Sequence record: SRR20825019_1354
DNA: 61,832 bases
Reading direction: 5' to 3' (one strand)
A program made the translations under genes and the position numbers. Of the stretch, positions 27,057-38,900 are shown one piece after another. The notes beneath the pieces were generated by a model that worked only from the letters and a program-made list of their open reading frames with translations, had not been told where the DNA came from and did no database searches. The first letter of the stretch is position 1. Each line of letters begins with the position of its first letter.

Positions 27057-28469
27057 ATGACACGGCTGTTTTTTCTCTGCTGCATTCTGCTTTTCAATTC
27101 ATTTCCTGCACGCGCCAACCAGACTGATGGAATAGAGCTTCTCAACGCCACGCTTGTCGCACGCCTGCATCTGTCGCACAGGGCGGAAGATGGCCAGATG
27201 GTCGGGGCCTATCAGGTAAGCTTCCGTGCGGTTACGGATACACCCGTGACGAAGGTGAGCGTCCTCCTAAACCCTGGGCTTGATGTCCTGAAGGTTGTGG
27301 GTGCAGGCAATAAATCCCTGCAGGTGAACAGACGCACAACCAGCATCACGGGCGCAAATGGGCTCAGCCTGAACGCAACCACCGTCACCCTCCCGAAGGC
27401 GCTTAAAAAAAACAAGGGCCGGGCCGAAATTGTCATCCACTATAAAGGCCACTTGAAAGACCTTTCCGCACAAGGCTTGGATGGCGTGCCGGAAACACTG
27501 GACCCCGATTTCACGATGATCCGCGCCCAAGGCTTCGCTTTCCCCGTATTTGCGGCGCCAAACATGGCTTCTATTGATCGCGCATGGAACCGGAACCCTT
27601 TTCATCAGGTCGCCTTTCTTGACGTGCCTGGAAACAATGCCGTTGTTGGCAACCTGAGCATCGCACAGAGAACCACCAGTGGTGACATCACCAAATTTGA
27701 GATGAAAAGCAGCCGCCCCACGGGGCCAATGGCGCTGGCGATTGCACCATATAGGGTGACCACCTCAGGCCCGATAACCACAGCAACATTGCCCCAAGAT
27801 GCAGCGGCGGGCTCAACCTTTTCTGGGTATGTAGAGCAAGCCACGGCGGCACTTGAAGATATGTTTGGTGCGCCAGCAAGTAACGCCCGTATGACAATCG
27901 CCGCCCTCCCGCCGGGTTACCGTGTGCCCGAAGGCCGCGGGGCCTATTTCGTAAATGGGAGCGACCTTGCCGACACACTCGTCTTAAGAGCAGCGTTGTT
28001 TGACATGTGGCGCATGAGCCCGAATGGTCGCACCGGTCACTGGGCGACAGGTTTTGACACGGTGTTAGAAACGGTCATTCAAGGTGAACAGGCGCTAACG
28101 ACCCTGCGCGCCAGCCTTTTTGCTCAAAGCAAAATACTGATGGCGAATGACAGGGCCTTGGGCAAAACCGCCCTCGCCGATTATGTCATTGAGGGCTATT
28201 CCAACGAAAGCGACACGGTCAGCGCCTTGGCCTTTACCGCTCTCCGCGACCTTATGGGAGAAGAAGACTTTTCCATGCTTGTCATGAAGATCCGGCGTAA
28301 CCTCGGCGCGGGTTATACGGATATGGCATCGGTGGCGGAATTTCTTGAGCAAAGCGTTGAGCACAAGCATGCCAAAAAACTTGTGAAAAACTGGTTCGCT
28401 GGCGGTAAGGCTGGGAAGGATATCAGCCGCGCCGACAGCTATGATGAACTGCTCTCACGCTACCGGTAG
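27057..28469 (+). CDS. Secreted hypothetical protein, M1 aminopeptidase/gluzincin-like architecture without HEXXH
   Basis: Signal peptide, beta-rich N-half and ALRDLMGEEDF helix; no HExxH anywhere. Confidence 0.65.
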   Translation: MTRLFFLCCILLFNSFPARANQTDGIELLNATLVARLHLSHRAEDGQMVGAYQVSFRAVTDTPVTKVSVLLNPGLDVLKVVGAGNKSLQVNRRTTSITGANGLSLNATTVTLPKALKKNKGRAEIVIHYKGHLKDLSAQGLDGVPETLDPDFTMIRAQGFAFPVFAAPNMASIDRAWNRNPFHQVAFLDVPGNNAVVGNLSIAQRTTSGDITKFEMKSSRPTGPMALAIAPYRVTTSGPITTATLPQDAAAGSTFSGYVEQATAALEDMFGAPASNARMTIAALPPGYRVPEGRGAYFVNGSDLADTLVLRAALFDMWRMSPNGRTGHWATGFDTVLETVIQGEQALTTLRASLFAQSKILMANDRALGKTALADYVIEGYSNESDTVSALAFTALRDLMGEEDFSMLVMKIRRNLGAGYTDMASVAEFLEQSVEHKHAKKLVKNWFAGGKAGKDISRADSYDELLSRYR

Positions 28470-28565
28470 CTTCTTTTTGGTCGAATAGCTGGTCCTCTCC
28501 GCAATCAGCCCAATATCACACATAAAGACTGGGAGACTGGGAGGCTGAACGGGAAGGAACCACCA

Positions 28566-29399
28566 ATGACCTATGAAACGCTTGAGGTAAGCATCAAGGA
28601 CCACATCGCCCATGTGGCGATGAACCGGCCGAAAAAGCTGAATGCCATGAATGGCACCTTTTTCTCGGAAATCGGGAAGGCCTTCAAGGCACTTGATGCT
28701 GACCCGGACGTGCGGGCGGTTGTGCTTTCCGGCAACGGCAAACATTTCACTGCGGGCCTCGACCTTAAGGAAAGCGCCAGCGTTTTGGGTGCGGCGGAAG
28801 GTGACCCGGCCCGCGTGCGCGACAAGCTTCGCCGCCATATCCTTTGGCTGCAGGATAGTTTCAGCGAAATCGACACCTGCCGCGTGCCTGTGATTGCCGC
28901 GATCCACGGCGCGTGCGTTGGTGGCGGCATCGACCTGATCGCCGCCGCCGATATGCGCATTGCATCAGAAGACGCGTGGTTTTCTGTGCAGGAGATTAAC
29001 GTCGCTATCGTGGCAGACCTGGGCACGCTGCAGCGCGCGCCTTACCTACTGCCGCTCGGCATCCTCAAGGAATTGGCCTTCACGGGCCGCAAAATGAAGA
29101 CGACTGAGGCCAAATCACTCGGTTTCATCAATCACATCCATCCAGACAAGGACGCCGCACTGGAGGCAGCTTTTGAGCTGGCAGGGGTCATTGCAAGCAA
29201 AAGTCCTCTTGCGGTTGTGGGCACAAAAGCGGTACTCAATCATGCACGGGACCACAGTATCGCCGATGGGCTGGACTATGTTGCAACATGGAACAGCGGC
29301 ATGCTTCTAGGGGAAGACCTTATGAAAGCAGCCACGGCGGCATTGACGAGGCAGGAACCAACTTTTGCGGACCTGCTTGAGAGTGACGACCCGGCCTGA
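28566..29399 (+). CDS. Crotonase / enoyl-CoA hydratase-isomerase (dienoyl-CoA isomerase-like)
   Basis: FTAGLDL, HGACVGGGIDL, ADLGTLQR and YVATWNS. Confidence 0.9.
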   Translation: MTYETLEVSIKDHIAHVAMNRPKKLNAMNGTFFSEIGKAFKALDADPDVRAVVLSGNGKHFTAGLDLKESASVLGAAEGDPARVRDKLRRHILWLQDSFSEIDTCRVPVIAAIHGACVGGGIDLIAAADMRIASEDAWFSVQEINVAIVADLGTLQRAPYLLPLGILKELAFTGRKMKTTEAKSLGFINHIHPDKDAALEAAFELAGVIASKSPLAVVGTKAVLNHARDHSIADGLDYVATWNSGMLLGEDLMKAATAALTRQEPTFADLLESDDPA

Positions 29400-29440
29400 G
29401 GCCAACGACGCCCCAGGCCAGACCAGAGGACAGTTGGGGC

Positions 29441-30352
29441 ATGCTAGACCAAGCCATCATATGGATTGAAGCCAACGCAGATTTGCTGGGCGGTATCGGT
29501 ACGCTCTCTGCGCTCACCATGTTTATCGTCACACACACGCGCAACATCATGCTGCGCCGCGCCGCTGCAAAAAATGCAGTCGGCAGCAGCGCCATCACTG
29601 TTTCTGACTTTGGCGCGCATGATGCCGCTGCACCCTCACCCGAGTATGGTGGCAAAATTGCCATTGCAGTGCTGCCGTTTGGCGAATTGGGTACCGTACC
29701 TGACCATTTTGCCGATGGCCTGATGGAAGACCTGATCACGGACCTGCAAGCACTCGGCTTTGCCACTCCCGCAAAACGCACCACTCGCCAGCTCGCAGAA
29801 AGCAGCGCCGCTTCTCACCAGATCGCGCGCGACCTCGGTACTTCCTATGTGCTTGAAGGCAGCATCAGAATTCAGGACGATCGCTACCGCATCGCCGTGC
29901 AATTGATAGACCAGACAGCAGCAACGCTTTGGTCAGAGCGTTTCAATTTCGCAGGCGACGACCTGATGGCCATGCAGGAAGCCATGGCGCAGAAGATAGC
30001 AAACGGCGTCGCCCAGCAGTTGTCTCCCGAGGCGGAAGAAGCACCCGTCGGGCAAGCTATATCAACCATGGCCTCGGGCACCAGCTATCGCACCCAAAGC
30101 GAAATGCTGCGCGCGTACCGGTCACCCAAAAGCAGACTGGTGGCGCTGCTGCTTTGCCTGTTCATCGGCTGGTTCGGTATCCACCGCTTTTACGTTGGCC
30201 GCTGGATAACCGGCACCCTTTACGCCCTGACCTTTGGGCTGTTTTCCATTGGCTGGATACTCGACCTCCTGCTTATTCTTTTTGGCTCCATGGCCGACAG
30301 CCGCGGACGCCCCATTCGGGCATGGCGGCCAGACCCCTTTCTGGATGAGTGA
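29441..30352 (+). CDS. Membrane protein: TolB-N-like domain fused to a C-terminal TM2 domain
   Basis: IAVLPF..FADGLMEDLITDL..YVLEGSIR..LWSERF, then KSRLVALLLCLFIGWFGIHRFYVG. Confidence 0.8.
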   Translation: MLDQAIIWIEANADLLGGIGTLSALTMFIVTHTRNIMLRRAAAKNAVGSSAITVSDFGAHDAAAPSPEYGGKIAIAVLPFGELGTVPDHFADGLMEDLITDLQALGFATPAKRTTRQLAESSAASHQIARDLGTSYVLEGSIRIQDDRYRIAVQLIDQTAATLWSERFNFAGDDLMAMQEAMAQKIANGVAQQLSPEAEEAPVGQAISTMASGTSYRTQSEMLRAYRSPKSRLVALLLCLFIGWFGIHRFYVGRWITGTLYALTFGLFSIGWILDLLLILFGSMADSRGRPIRAWRPDPFLDE

Positions 30353-31005
30353 AACACACCGTGGCGATCTCCACCAAAATCTGCGGCCTGACGACCGCTG
30401 AGCACGCCAACCTCGCCGCCTTTTATGGTGCGCGCTGGCTCGGTTTTGTGTTTTTTGAGCGCTCCCCCCGGAACCTGACGTTGGACGCCGCTGCAAACCT
30501 GAGACCCCAACTGCCCAAGCGCGGTGAGCGTGTTGGTGTATTCGTGAACGCTGAGCATAATTTCATTGAAGCTGCCGTCGATGCGCTCGACCTCGACTGG
30601 GTACAGCTGCACGGGGATGAATACCCGCACGAAGCACAACTCCTCAAGGCGCGGCTTGGTGTATCTGTCATCAAGGCCCTCGGCGTCAGCTCAAAGGAAG
30701 ACCTCAGGCAGGCCGACCTGTTTGCACCGCATGTGGACGCCATTCTATTTGACGCCAAACCACCCAAGGGCGCTATCCTACCCGGTGGCAATGCGGTTAG
30801 CTTTCCGTGGCATATCCTCAACGGTGAAAAGCTGCCGTACCCATGGTTGCTGGCAGGTGGGTTAACGGCTGAGAACCTGCCGCACGCTGTGGCCGAAAGC
30901 AATGCCCATGCGGTTGACATTTCCTCCGGCGTTGAAAGCGCCCCCGGTCAAAAGTCTGGCGAGAAAATTGAAGCCTTCCTTCGCGCCGCAAAAGCCGTTA
31001 GGTAA
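30349..31005 (+). CDS. trpF: Phosphoribosylanthranilate isomerase
   Basis: KICGL, VQLHGDE, LAGGL and DISSGVE. Confidence 0.96.
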   Translation: MKHTVAISTKICGLTTAEHANLAAFYGARWLGFVFFERSPRNLTLDAAANLRPQLPKRGERVGVFVNAEHNFIEAAVDALDLDWVQLHGDEYPHEAQLLKARLGVSVIKALGVSSKEDLRQADLFAPHVDAILFDAKPPKGAILPGGNAVSFPWHILNGEKLPYPWLLAGGLTAENLPHAVAESNAHAVDISSGVESAPGQKSGEKIEAFLRAAKAVR

Positions 31006-31059
31006 TGTGGCTCGTATAGAAGCAGTATCCCGTGTTTTATTGAGTGTTAGGTAATTCTT

Positions 31060-32268
31060 ATGACCCTTAACAGCTATCGCACCGGCCCTGATGAGAAAGG
31101 CCATTTTGGCAAATTTGGTGGACGATACGTTTCCGAAACACTGATGCCGCTTGTACATAAAGTGGAAGCAGCATACCGGAGCGCCATCAAGGATCCGGAA
31201 TACCTGCGGGAACTGGATGAGCTGAACCGGGTTTATATCGGCAGGCCAAGCCCGCTTTATTATGCTGAGCGCTTCACTGAAGAGCTGGGCGGCGCAAAGG
31301 TCTACTTCAAACGTGAAGAATTGAACCACACCGGCGCCCACAAGATCAACCACGCCATTGGCCAGGTACTGCTTGCCAAGCGTATGGGAAAAACCCGTGT
31401 GATTGCGGAAACAGGCGCGGGCCAGCACGGCGTTGCCACCGCAACCGTTGCGGCGCGCTTTGGCCTTAAATGCACCGTGTTCATGGGTGCCGTGGATATT
31501 GAGCGGCAAAAGCCAAATGTTTTCCGCATGAAACTGTTGGGTGCTGAGGTAAAGCCGGTGACATCCGGCTCAGCCACGCTGAAGGATGCCATGAACGACG
31601 CTCTTCGCGACTGGGTCACCAATGTGCACGACACATTCTATATCATCGGCACTGTCGCAGGGCCGCACCCCTACCCCATGATGGTGCGGGATTTCCAATC
31701 CATTATCGGCCGCGAAACACGTGAGCAAATCATGGCATCGGAAGGTCGCCTGCCCGACAGCCTCGTGGCATGCGTGGGTGGTGGCTCAAACGCCATTGGG
31801 CTTTTCCACCCATTCCTTGATGACCCGGATATTGATATTTTTGCTGTTGAAGCCGCCGGGCACGGGGTGGATACCGACAAACACGCGGCCTCCATCGCGG
31901 GCGGCGCACCTGGCGTGTTGCACGGCAACCGCACCTATCTGCTCCAGAACGCAGATGGCCAGATCACCGAAGCCCATTCCATATCCGCCGGGCTTGACTA
32001 TCCCGGCATTGGGCCAGAGCATGTATGGCTTCATGAACAGAAGCGCGTGACCTATGTGTCCGCGACCGACAAGGAAGCGCTTGATGCCTTCCAGATGTGT
32101 TGCCGCACAGAAGGCATCATCCCCGCGTTAGAGTCCAGCCACGCGCTTGCCCATGTCATTCGTATGGCACCAACACTGCCCAAGGATCATATCTGTGTGA
32201 TGAATATGTCTGGCCGGGGCGACAAAGACATCTTCACGGTTGCCGATGCCCTCGGCGCAGAAATCTAG
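31060..32268 (+). CDS. trpB: Tryptophan synthase beta chain
   Basis: [22 protein letters not shown] and SGRGDKD. Confidence 0.98.
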   Translation: MTLNSYRTGPDEKGHFGKFGGRYVSETLMPLVHKVEAAYRSAIKDPEYLRELDELNRVYIGRPSPLYYAERFTEELGGAKVYFKREELNHTGAHKINHAIGQVLLAKRMGKTRVIAETGAGQHGVATATVAARFGLKCTVFMGAVDIERQKPNVFRMKLLGAEVKPVTSGSATLKDAMNDALRDWVTNVHDTFYIIGTVAGPHPYPMMVRDFQSIIGRETREQIMASEGRLPDSLVACVGGGSNAIGLFHPFLDDPDIDIFAVEAAGHGVDTDKHAASIAGGAPGVLHGNRTYLLQNADGQITEAHSISAGLDYPGIGPEHVWLHEQKRVTYVSATDKEALDAFQMCCRTEGIIPALESSHALAHVIRMAPTLPKDHICVMNMSGRGDKDIFTVADALGAEI

Positions 32269-32284
32269 AACAGGAAAGAGTGTT

Positions 32285-33109
32285 ATGAGCAGACTGAAGT
32301 CCTGTTTTGAAACGCTGGCAGCAGACAAACGCGCCGCTTTTGTAACTTTTGTGACCGCAAACGACCCGGATTTTGACACGTCGCTTGAGATTGTGTGCGG
32401 CCTGCCCGGTGCGGGCGCGGATATTATCGAGCTTGGCATGCCATTCACGGATCCATCCGCCGATGGTCCGTCAATCGACCGGGCAGCCCAGCGCGCGCTC
32501 AAGGCTGGCGGATCAATGGCTAACACGCTTGAAATGGTACGCCGGTTTCGCGCAGGAAATGATGAAACGCCTATCGTATTGATGGGGTATTTCAACCCGA
32601 TTTACGCCTACGGCATTGACCGCTTCTCATCAGATGCCGCCGCTGCGGGCGTTGATGGCTTAATCATTGTCGACCTGCCGCCCGAAGAAGATGAAGAGCT
32701 TCGTGTGCCTGCCAACGCTGTTGGTATTGATGTTATTCGTCTGGCAACGCCAACCTCGGACGACGCCCGCCTTCCTACAGTGCTGGATGGAGCGAGCGGT
32801 TTCGTCTATTATGTAGCTGTCGCGGGTGTGACGGGCGGCAGGTCCGCCACGGCGGATGACATCGGCACAGCGGTCAGGCGTATAAAATCGCATACAGACT
32901 TGCCAGTTGCCGTAGGATTCGGTATCCGCACGCCAAAGCAGGCGGCAGACGTCGCGGCGGTTGCCGACGGGGCCGTTGTTGGATCAGCGATTGTATCACT
33001 GATTGAAAACGGGCTTGATGAAGATCATAAGCCTAAAGAAGGCATGAGCAAAGAGGTGCTCCATTTCGTAAAAACCCTCGCCGATGGCGTACGGTCGTTA
33101 CGTAAATAG
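32285..33109 (+). CDS. trpA: Tryptophan synthase alpha chain
   Basis: [18 protein letters not shown] and VVGSA. Confidence 0.97.
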   Translation: MSRLKSCFETLAADKRAAFVTFVTANDPDFDTSLEIVCGLPGAGADIIELGMPFTDPSADGPSIDRAAQRALKAGGSMANTLEMVRRFRAGNDETPIVLMGYFNPIYAYGIDRFSSDAAAAGVDGLIIVDLPPEEDEELRVPANAVGIDVIRLATPTSDDARLPTVLDGASGFVYYVAVAGVTGGRSATADDIGTAVRRIKSHTDLPVAVGFGIRTPKQAADVAAVADGAVVGSAIVSLIENGLDEDHKPKEGMSKEVLHFVKTLADGVRSLRK

Positions 33110-33136
33110 GCACTACAACAGAAGGGGTTGAGGCGC

Positions 33137-34009
33137 ATGAGCTGGCTCACCAATTATGTCAAACCGAAACTCAGGAAAGTCCTGAATCCTAAAGAAACGC
33201 CAGACAATCTTTGGCACAAATGCAAAAGCTGCGGGCAGATGATCTTCCAGAAGGAATTTATCGCCAACCAGTATGTTTGTGCACACTGCGATCATCATGA
33301 CCGTGTGCCCCCCAAAGACCGTTTCGATGCATTGTTTGACAATCAGAGCTATGAGCTGATCGACCTGCCCGCTGTAAATCAGGACCCCCTGAAGTTCCGC
33401 GACACCAAAAGATATACCGACCGGCTTAAAGCTGCACGCAACAACACTGGCGACGAAGACGCCATCAAGGTTGCCGTGGGTAAAATTGGCGGCGTAACCA
33501 CGGTTGTTGCTGTGCAGAACTTCTTCTTCATGGGTGGCTCCATGGGCATGGCCGTTGGTGAAGGCATTATCGCTGGCGCCCGCCATGCGCTCAAAATCAA
33601 AGCGCCGATGATCATGATGACAGCGTCAGGCGGTGCCCGCATGCAGGAAGGTATCCTGTCATTGATGCAAATGCCGCGCACAACCGTTGCTGTGCAAATG
33701 CTGCGCGACGCTGGCCTGCCGTATATTGTGGTGCTGACAGACCCCACAACCGGCGGTGTTTCTGCGAGCTACGCGATGCTTGGCGATCTTCATATTTCCG
33801 AACCGGGCGCGATGATTGGTTTTGCAGGCCAACGTGTTATTGAACAAACCATCCGCGAAAAATTGCCGGATAGGTTCCAAACCGCTGAATATCTGCAAGA
33901 GCACGGTATGGTCGACATGGTTATCCATCGTCACGAAATGCCGGAAAAGCTTGGCTCCGTACTTGCGATGTTGATGAGCGGTAGCCACCGCAAAAAAGCG
34001 GCTGAATAA
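33137..34009 (+). CDS. accD: Acetyl-CoA carboxylase carboxyltransferase beta subunit
   Basis: Zn finger CKSC..CAHC, GGSMG and SGGARMQEG. Confidence 0.97.
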   Translation: MSWLTNYVKPKLRKVLNPKETPDNLWHKCKSCGQMIFQKEFIANQYVCAHCDHHDRVPPKDRFDALFDNQSYELIDLPAVNQDPLKFRDTKRYTDRLKAARNNTGDEDAIKVAVGKIGGVTTVVAVQNFFFMGGSMGMAVGEGIIAGARHALKIKAPMIMMTASGGARMQEGILSLMQMPRTTVAVQMLRDAGLPYIVVLTDPTTGGVSASYAMLGDLHISEPGAMIGFAGQRVIEQTIREKLPDRFQTAEYLQEHGMVDMVIHRHEMPEKLGSVLAMLMSGSHRKKAAE

Positions 34010-34041
34010 GCCCCAAAATCTCTTGCGCACGAGGCAGCCTG

Positions 34042-35361
34042 ATGGACACCACGGCCAGTGACAAAGTGCTCGCGCGCCTTAAAAAACTCCACCCGGTTGA
34101 GATAGACCTCTCTCTCGACCGGCTGTATCGGTTGCTTGAAAAGCTCGACAACCCCCATCTCAAATTGCCGCCCGTTATTCATGTGGCGGGTACCAACGGC
34201 AAAGGCTCAACGGTCGCAACACTGCGCGCGATTGCAGAAGCCGCCGGGCACCGGGTGCACGTCTATACCAGCCCCCACCTTGTACGCTTTGCCGAGCGCA
34301 TCCGTGTTGCTGGCCAGATCATTGATGAAGATGATTTCACCAAAATTCTGGAAGAATGCGAACGCGTCAACGCGGGCGACGACATTACATTTTTCGAGGT
34401 CACAACCGCCGCTGCCTTTCTTGCATTTTCCCGCACAGCCGCAGACCTTTGCATTCTGGAAGTGGGACTTGGAGGACGGCTTGACGCCACCAATGTTATC
34501 GACCGTCCTGCCGCTGTGGGCATAACGCCTGTCAGCATTGACCATGAGCAGTTTCTCGGCTCCACCCTTGGTGAAATTGCGTTCGAGAAGGCTGGCATAT
34601 TAAAGGCCGACGTGCCAACGGTCATTGGCCCACAGATGGGCGAGGCCATGGGCGTGATCCGCACTCAGGCATCCAAAGTTGGGGCCAACCCGCTGGTATT
34701 TGATGAAGACTGGTACGCTATCCTGAACCCCGGTGGCGGCAGCTTTCGCTATCAGGACCGGCAGGCGGAACTGGACCTGCCACTCCCCAGCCTGACAGGC
34801 GAGCATCAGGTTATGAACGCAGGCATGGCTATTGCGCTGGCGCGTGCCCAAAAGGCTGTGAATATTCCAGAGGCTGCGATCCGCGCCGGCCTTGGTTGGG
34901 TGCGATGGCCTGCTCGGCTGCAGGAGTTGATCGGCACGTCGCTTAACAAGCTATTGCCTGTTGGTGCGAACCTGTATCTCGACGGCGGCCACAATCCGGC
35001 GGCGGGCCATGTGGTGCGCAGCTTCCTTTCTGACGTGGACCCGGTGGAACGCTCAGTAACGCTTATTCTAGGCATGCTGAACCGTAAGGATGCCAAAGGA
35101 TACCTGAAGCCGCTTTCAGGCGTGGTGAACAAGGTGATTGCCGTACCGATTGTGTGTGATGAAGACCCGGCCGAACCGGGCTTTCTGGCGGCCGCTGCCA
35201 CGGATGCGGGTATCAACGGCGTGATCGCAAAAGACGTGGCTTCCGCGCTTAAAATGGTAGCGGAAAAATCGCACCCAGAACGGCCACCTTTTGTACTGAT
35301 TGCAGGCTCACTTTACCTCGCGGGCAATGTGCTCAAGGAAACCGAACTATTCCCGAACTAA
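34042..35361 (+). CDS. folC: Folylpolyglutamate / dihydrofolate synthase
   Basis: HVAGTNGKGS, YTSPHL, EVGLGGRLDATN and DGGHN. Confidence 0.97.
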   Translation: MDTTASDKVLARLKKLHPVEIDLSLDRLYRLLEKLDNPHLKLPPVIHVAGTNGKGSTVATLRAIAEAAGHRVHVYTSPHLVRFAERIRVAGQIIDEDDFTKILEECERVNAGDDITFFEVTTAAAFLAFSRTAADLCILEVGLGGRLDATNVIDRPAAVGITPVSIDHEQFLGSTLGEIAFEKAGILKADVPTVIGPQMGEAMGVIRTQASKVGANPLVFDEDWYAILNPGGGSFRYQDRQAELDLPLPSLTGEHQVMNAGMAIALARAQKAVNIPEAAIRAGLGWVRWPARLQELIGTSLNKLLPVGANLYLDGGHNPAAGHVVRSFLSDVDPVERSVTLILGMLNRKDAKGYLKPLSGVVNKVIAVPIVCDEDPAEPGFLAAAATDAGINGVIAKDVASALKMVAEKSHPERPPFVLIAGSLYLAGNVLKETELFPN

Positions 35362-35393
35362 GCTCCATAGGAAGCCGCTTCCTGATACAAAAG

Positions 35394-35420
35394 AAAAAGG
35401 CGCCCGATTGGACGCCTTTT
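35394..35420. terminator. Bidirectional terminator between folC and trxA
   Basis: AAAAAGGCGCCC-GATT-GGACGCCTTTT. Confidence 0.7.
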
Positions 35421-35444
35421 AAACTCAATTAGTCTACGGCGGGC

Positions 35445-35762
35445 TTAAACAGAACCGTTGATCCAGGCTTCAAGCTGCGCGCGCGGCTGCGCACCCATTT
35501 TGGTAGCAACAGCTTCGCCGTCCTTGAAGATCAGCATGGTCGGAATCGAACGCACACCAAACTGGGTTGGTGTTTCAGGGTTTTCATCAATATCCATTTT
35601 GGCAATGATGATATCGTCACGCTCACCGGAGATTTGCTCCAGAACCGGGCCGATCATCTTACAAGGGCCACACCATGGCGCCCAAAAGTCCAGAAGCACT
35701 GGCTTGCCTGCCTTGAGGACTTCAGCTTCGAAATTTTCATCCGTTACGGTGATGGTTGCCAT
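35445..35762 (-). CDS. trxA: Thioredoxin
   Basis: WCGPC; start at MATITV (35762). Confidence 0.97.
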   Translation of the reverse strand: MATITVTDENFEAEVLKAGKPVLLDFWAPWCGPCKMIGPVLEQISGERDDIIIAKMDIDENPETPTQFGVRSIPTMLIFKDGEAVATKMGAQPRAQLEAWINGSV

Positions 35763-35850
35763 TTCAATATTACTTTCTTTGCTGGCCGCCCGGCGCCTCG
35801 GCCAGTGCGGGGCCCAATTGGAAGGGCCTATTCTCTCGTCACAACCCGTA

Positions 35851-35879
35851 AAGTAGGAAGGCACCCCTTGATGGTCAAG
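35851..35879 (-). promoter_or_regulatory. Putative RpoH-type promoter of trxA
   Basis: Minus strand CTTGAC-N16-CCTACTT resembles the alphaproteobacterial RpoH consensus. Confidence 0.45.
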
Positions 35880-35917
35880 GTTTAGTAACACGCGTGTGAT
35901 ACCTACCGCGACAGATA

Positions 35918-38900
35918 CTAAAGACCAATCCGTTTAAGTGTCTCATCCATCTGGGTTTTACCCAGTTCCATCAGAAGAGAAATATCTGTCCACAAGAGCG
36001 CAGCGCGTATCTTATGGTTCGGGTATATGCCTTGAAGCGCGCGGGCATAAAGGCCCATCTGCTTCAGATAAACCTCCGGCACATTTGCCGCATCTCTTGG
36101 TGGTGGCCGGTTGGTTTTATAGTCAACAATCAACACATCTGATTCGGTGACCACAAGCCTGTCGACCTGGCCGGAAATAGCCCGTGTGCCCACGAGCCCG
36201 GCAATGGGCACTTCTGCCCGGCTGTTCGGCCCAAAGATGGGTGCAAACTCAGCATCCTCAAGAATGCCATGCACTTCCTGCCAGAAACCATTGGCGGTTT
36301 TTTCATCCAGCCCGGCGCGCAACAGAAAGCGTTTTGCCGTGGCTTGCTGAGCATGCTTCTCGATCTCAGGCAACCATTCCAGCATGCTGTGGATTAGCCG
36401 CCCCCGTTCAAACCGTGCAGCCGACGAGCGGGCCAGCGGGCTTGTGGCTGCTGGCTCGTCTTCATCCGGCTTTGACGGTGCCAGCGGTTTGGGCGGGTTA
36501 GGTTCATCCGGCATTGGCGCCCGCGCCCAGGCGGGCAACGGCGGCAAGGCTTGCCCCTCACTCGCGGTTGCTTCGCGCGGTACAACAGGCGCCGTTTGCG
36601 GCACTATAAAGCGCCTTACACTGTAACCTGCGAAAGCTTCCACATCCTCAGCACCGATACGGTCAAAGCCGCTTTCAATCGCCTTGTACCAGCAATTGGG
36701 GTCCGGCTCTCGTTCCGTCTGCCATCCGGCGATATAGAGCCTGTCTTCCGCCCGTGTGAGCGCGACATATAAAAGCCGCCTGTATTCATGAAGCGCCTTG
36801 TCTTTCAGCTCGGCTTTCTTCTCCTCCGCGAGCGCGAGGCCGGGTGCTGCAGACGTCCACAACAATAAGGGTGGTTTGCCCGGGTCGGCGGCATCAATGG
36901 GCACAAGCCGCCCTTCCCGGCGGATATCAGGGATGCTGACGAGGTCGGAGAGGAACACGATTGGCGCCTGCAACCCTTTGGAGCTGTGCGCTGTCATGAT
37001 ACGCACCTGCCCGCCTGCGGCTTCCATGTCCCGCTTGATTTGCGTACCGCCATGCTCCACCCGGTGGATGAAAGCCTGCAGCGACGCCGTGCCTGTATGC
37101 TCAAACCGGAGCGCTTCCTCCATCAACTCATCGATGGGGTCGTGCACTTCCTCACCCAGCCGGGCCGCGAGCTGTGCGCGACCACCAAGTTCCGTGAGCA
37201 CATGTGAGAAAAACTCAAATGGTGTCAGCAGGTCAGCGCCCCGGATCACGCTTTGCAAAAAGCCAAGCGCGCGCGCAAATGCGGGCTCATCCTTCGCTTT
37301 CGCTTGCAGTGCGTGCCAAAGCGCACCTTTACGGCCGTACGCGAGGCTGAAAAGCTGCTCGTCATCTAGGCCCACGAACGGGCTTTTCAGCACGGTCGCG
37401 AGCGTAAGATCATCTGTTGGCAACAGTGCCGCGTGCGCAAGCGCCAGAAGGTCCATCACCGGCAGCTCATCGGTCAACACCATACGGTCGCGCCCGGCAA
37501 CCGGCACACCCAAGTATTTCAGCGCGCGCACAAGATGGTCAACAAAGGCCGTGCGCCGGCGCACCAGCACAAGAATGTCGCCGGGGGTAATAGCACGGGC
37601 CTGCGCCTCCAGCATTTCACCGCTGGTGATCATTGCCTTGATGCGGCGGGCGATACGCCACGCTGTGCGCCCCTCTGCATCATCCGCATTTTCCTGAATA
37701 AGTGGCGGAACCCAGCCGTCTTCAGCGCTTTCATCCTCCGCCACACTTGGGGCTTCAAGTGGCCACAGTTCCACCATGCCGCCATGGCCCTTGCGCACAA
37801 ATTCGTGCTTCACATGCTCAAGGTCAGCTGACAGCCCATGCCATGCGTCAGCCCCCTTATCAAACACCGCATCCACAAGCGAAAGCACCGCGCCACCTGA
37901 GCGGAAAGAAAGGTTCAGCGGCACCGGTTCGGCCTTCAGTTCCGCCTGCCATGCCCTGTGGAACACCCGGTCGCGGGCCGCCACAAACTCTTTCGGGTCT
38001 GCATGCTGGAAGGAGAAGATCGATTGCTTGGCATCCCCCACGGCAAAAACCGTGCGGACCTTCTCGCTCGCACCCTCGCCTGAGAAAAACTCGGCCGTCA
38101 AAGCCTCCACCACCCGCCATTGTTCCCGGTTGGTGTCCTGTGCTTCGTCAATCAGGATATGATCAACCTGTGCATCAAGCTTGAACAATACCCACGGCGC
38201 CACATCAAGCCGTGCCAGAAGGCCAACTGTACGGCCAATCATGTCGTCAAAGTCAACCATACCGCGCTCGGTTTTGAGCGCGCGATACCGGTCAAGCTGC
38301 GCAAGACCGAGGGTCAGAAGCGCGACTGTTGCTTCCGCAGCCGCTATACGGTTGAGCCGGTCGGCAATCCGTATCAGGCGGGTTTGCTCCTTCTCGATGA
38401 TCGCTTCAAATTCCGGATAGGCGGTCAGCGTTTTTTTGACCGCCACCGTCTTGCGTGGTGTGCCTTCTTTGGTGAGAAACGCGAGCATGTAGCCTTCAAA
38501 CAGCGCCTTGCGCTTATCGCCCTCAGCCGCCGTATAGGCCGTGACCGCCTCGCCCACTTTGGTTTCGGTTTTACTACCTGCAAGCAACACCGGGCCCATG
38601 GCACGCAAGCCGGTGATATCAAAAGCGGCGTCGGCTGTAACCTGATCGAACAGCACGTCGCGCGTCTCACCTGGCGTAAGATCAAGCGCGCGGTAAAGCG
38701 CGGGCGCGAGGCCGAGTTTGCCGTAAGCCTTATCAGCAGCCGCAAGCGTTGAAGTCTCAAACGAAAGCCGTTCGATCACTTCATCAAAAGTCAGCTCAGT
38801 CACAAGTCCGGCCACATGATCAAGCGCCCGGCGCACATGCGCACCCTCTGGACGTCGGGTCATGGCCAGCATCTCATCCTTGGCACCTGCCATCATTTCC

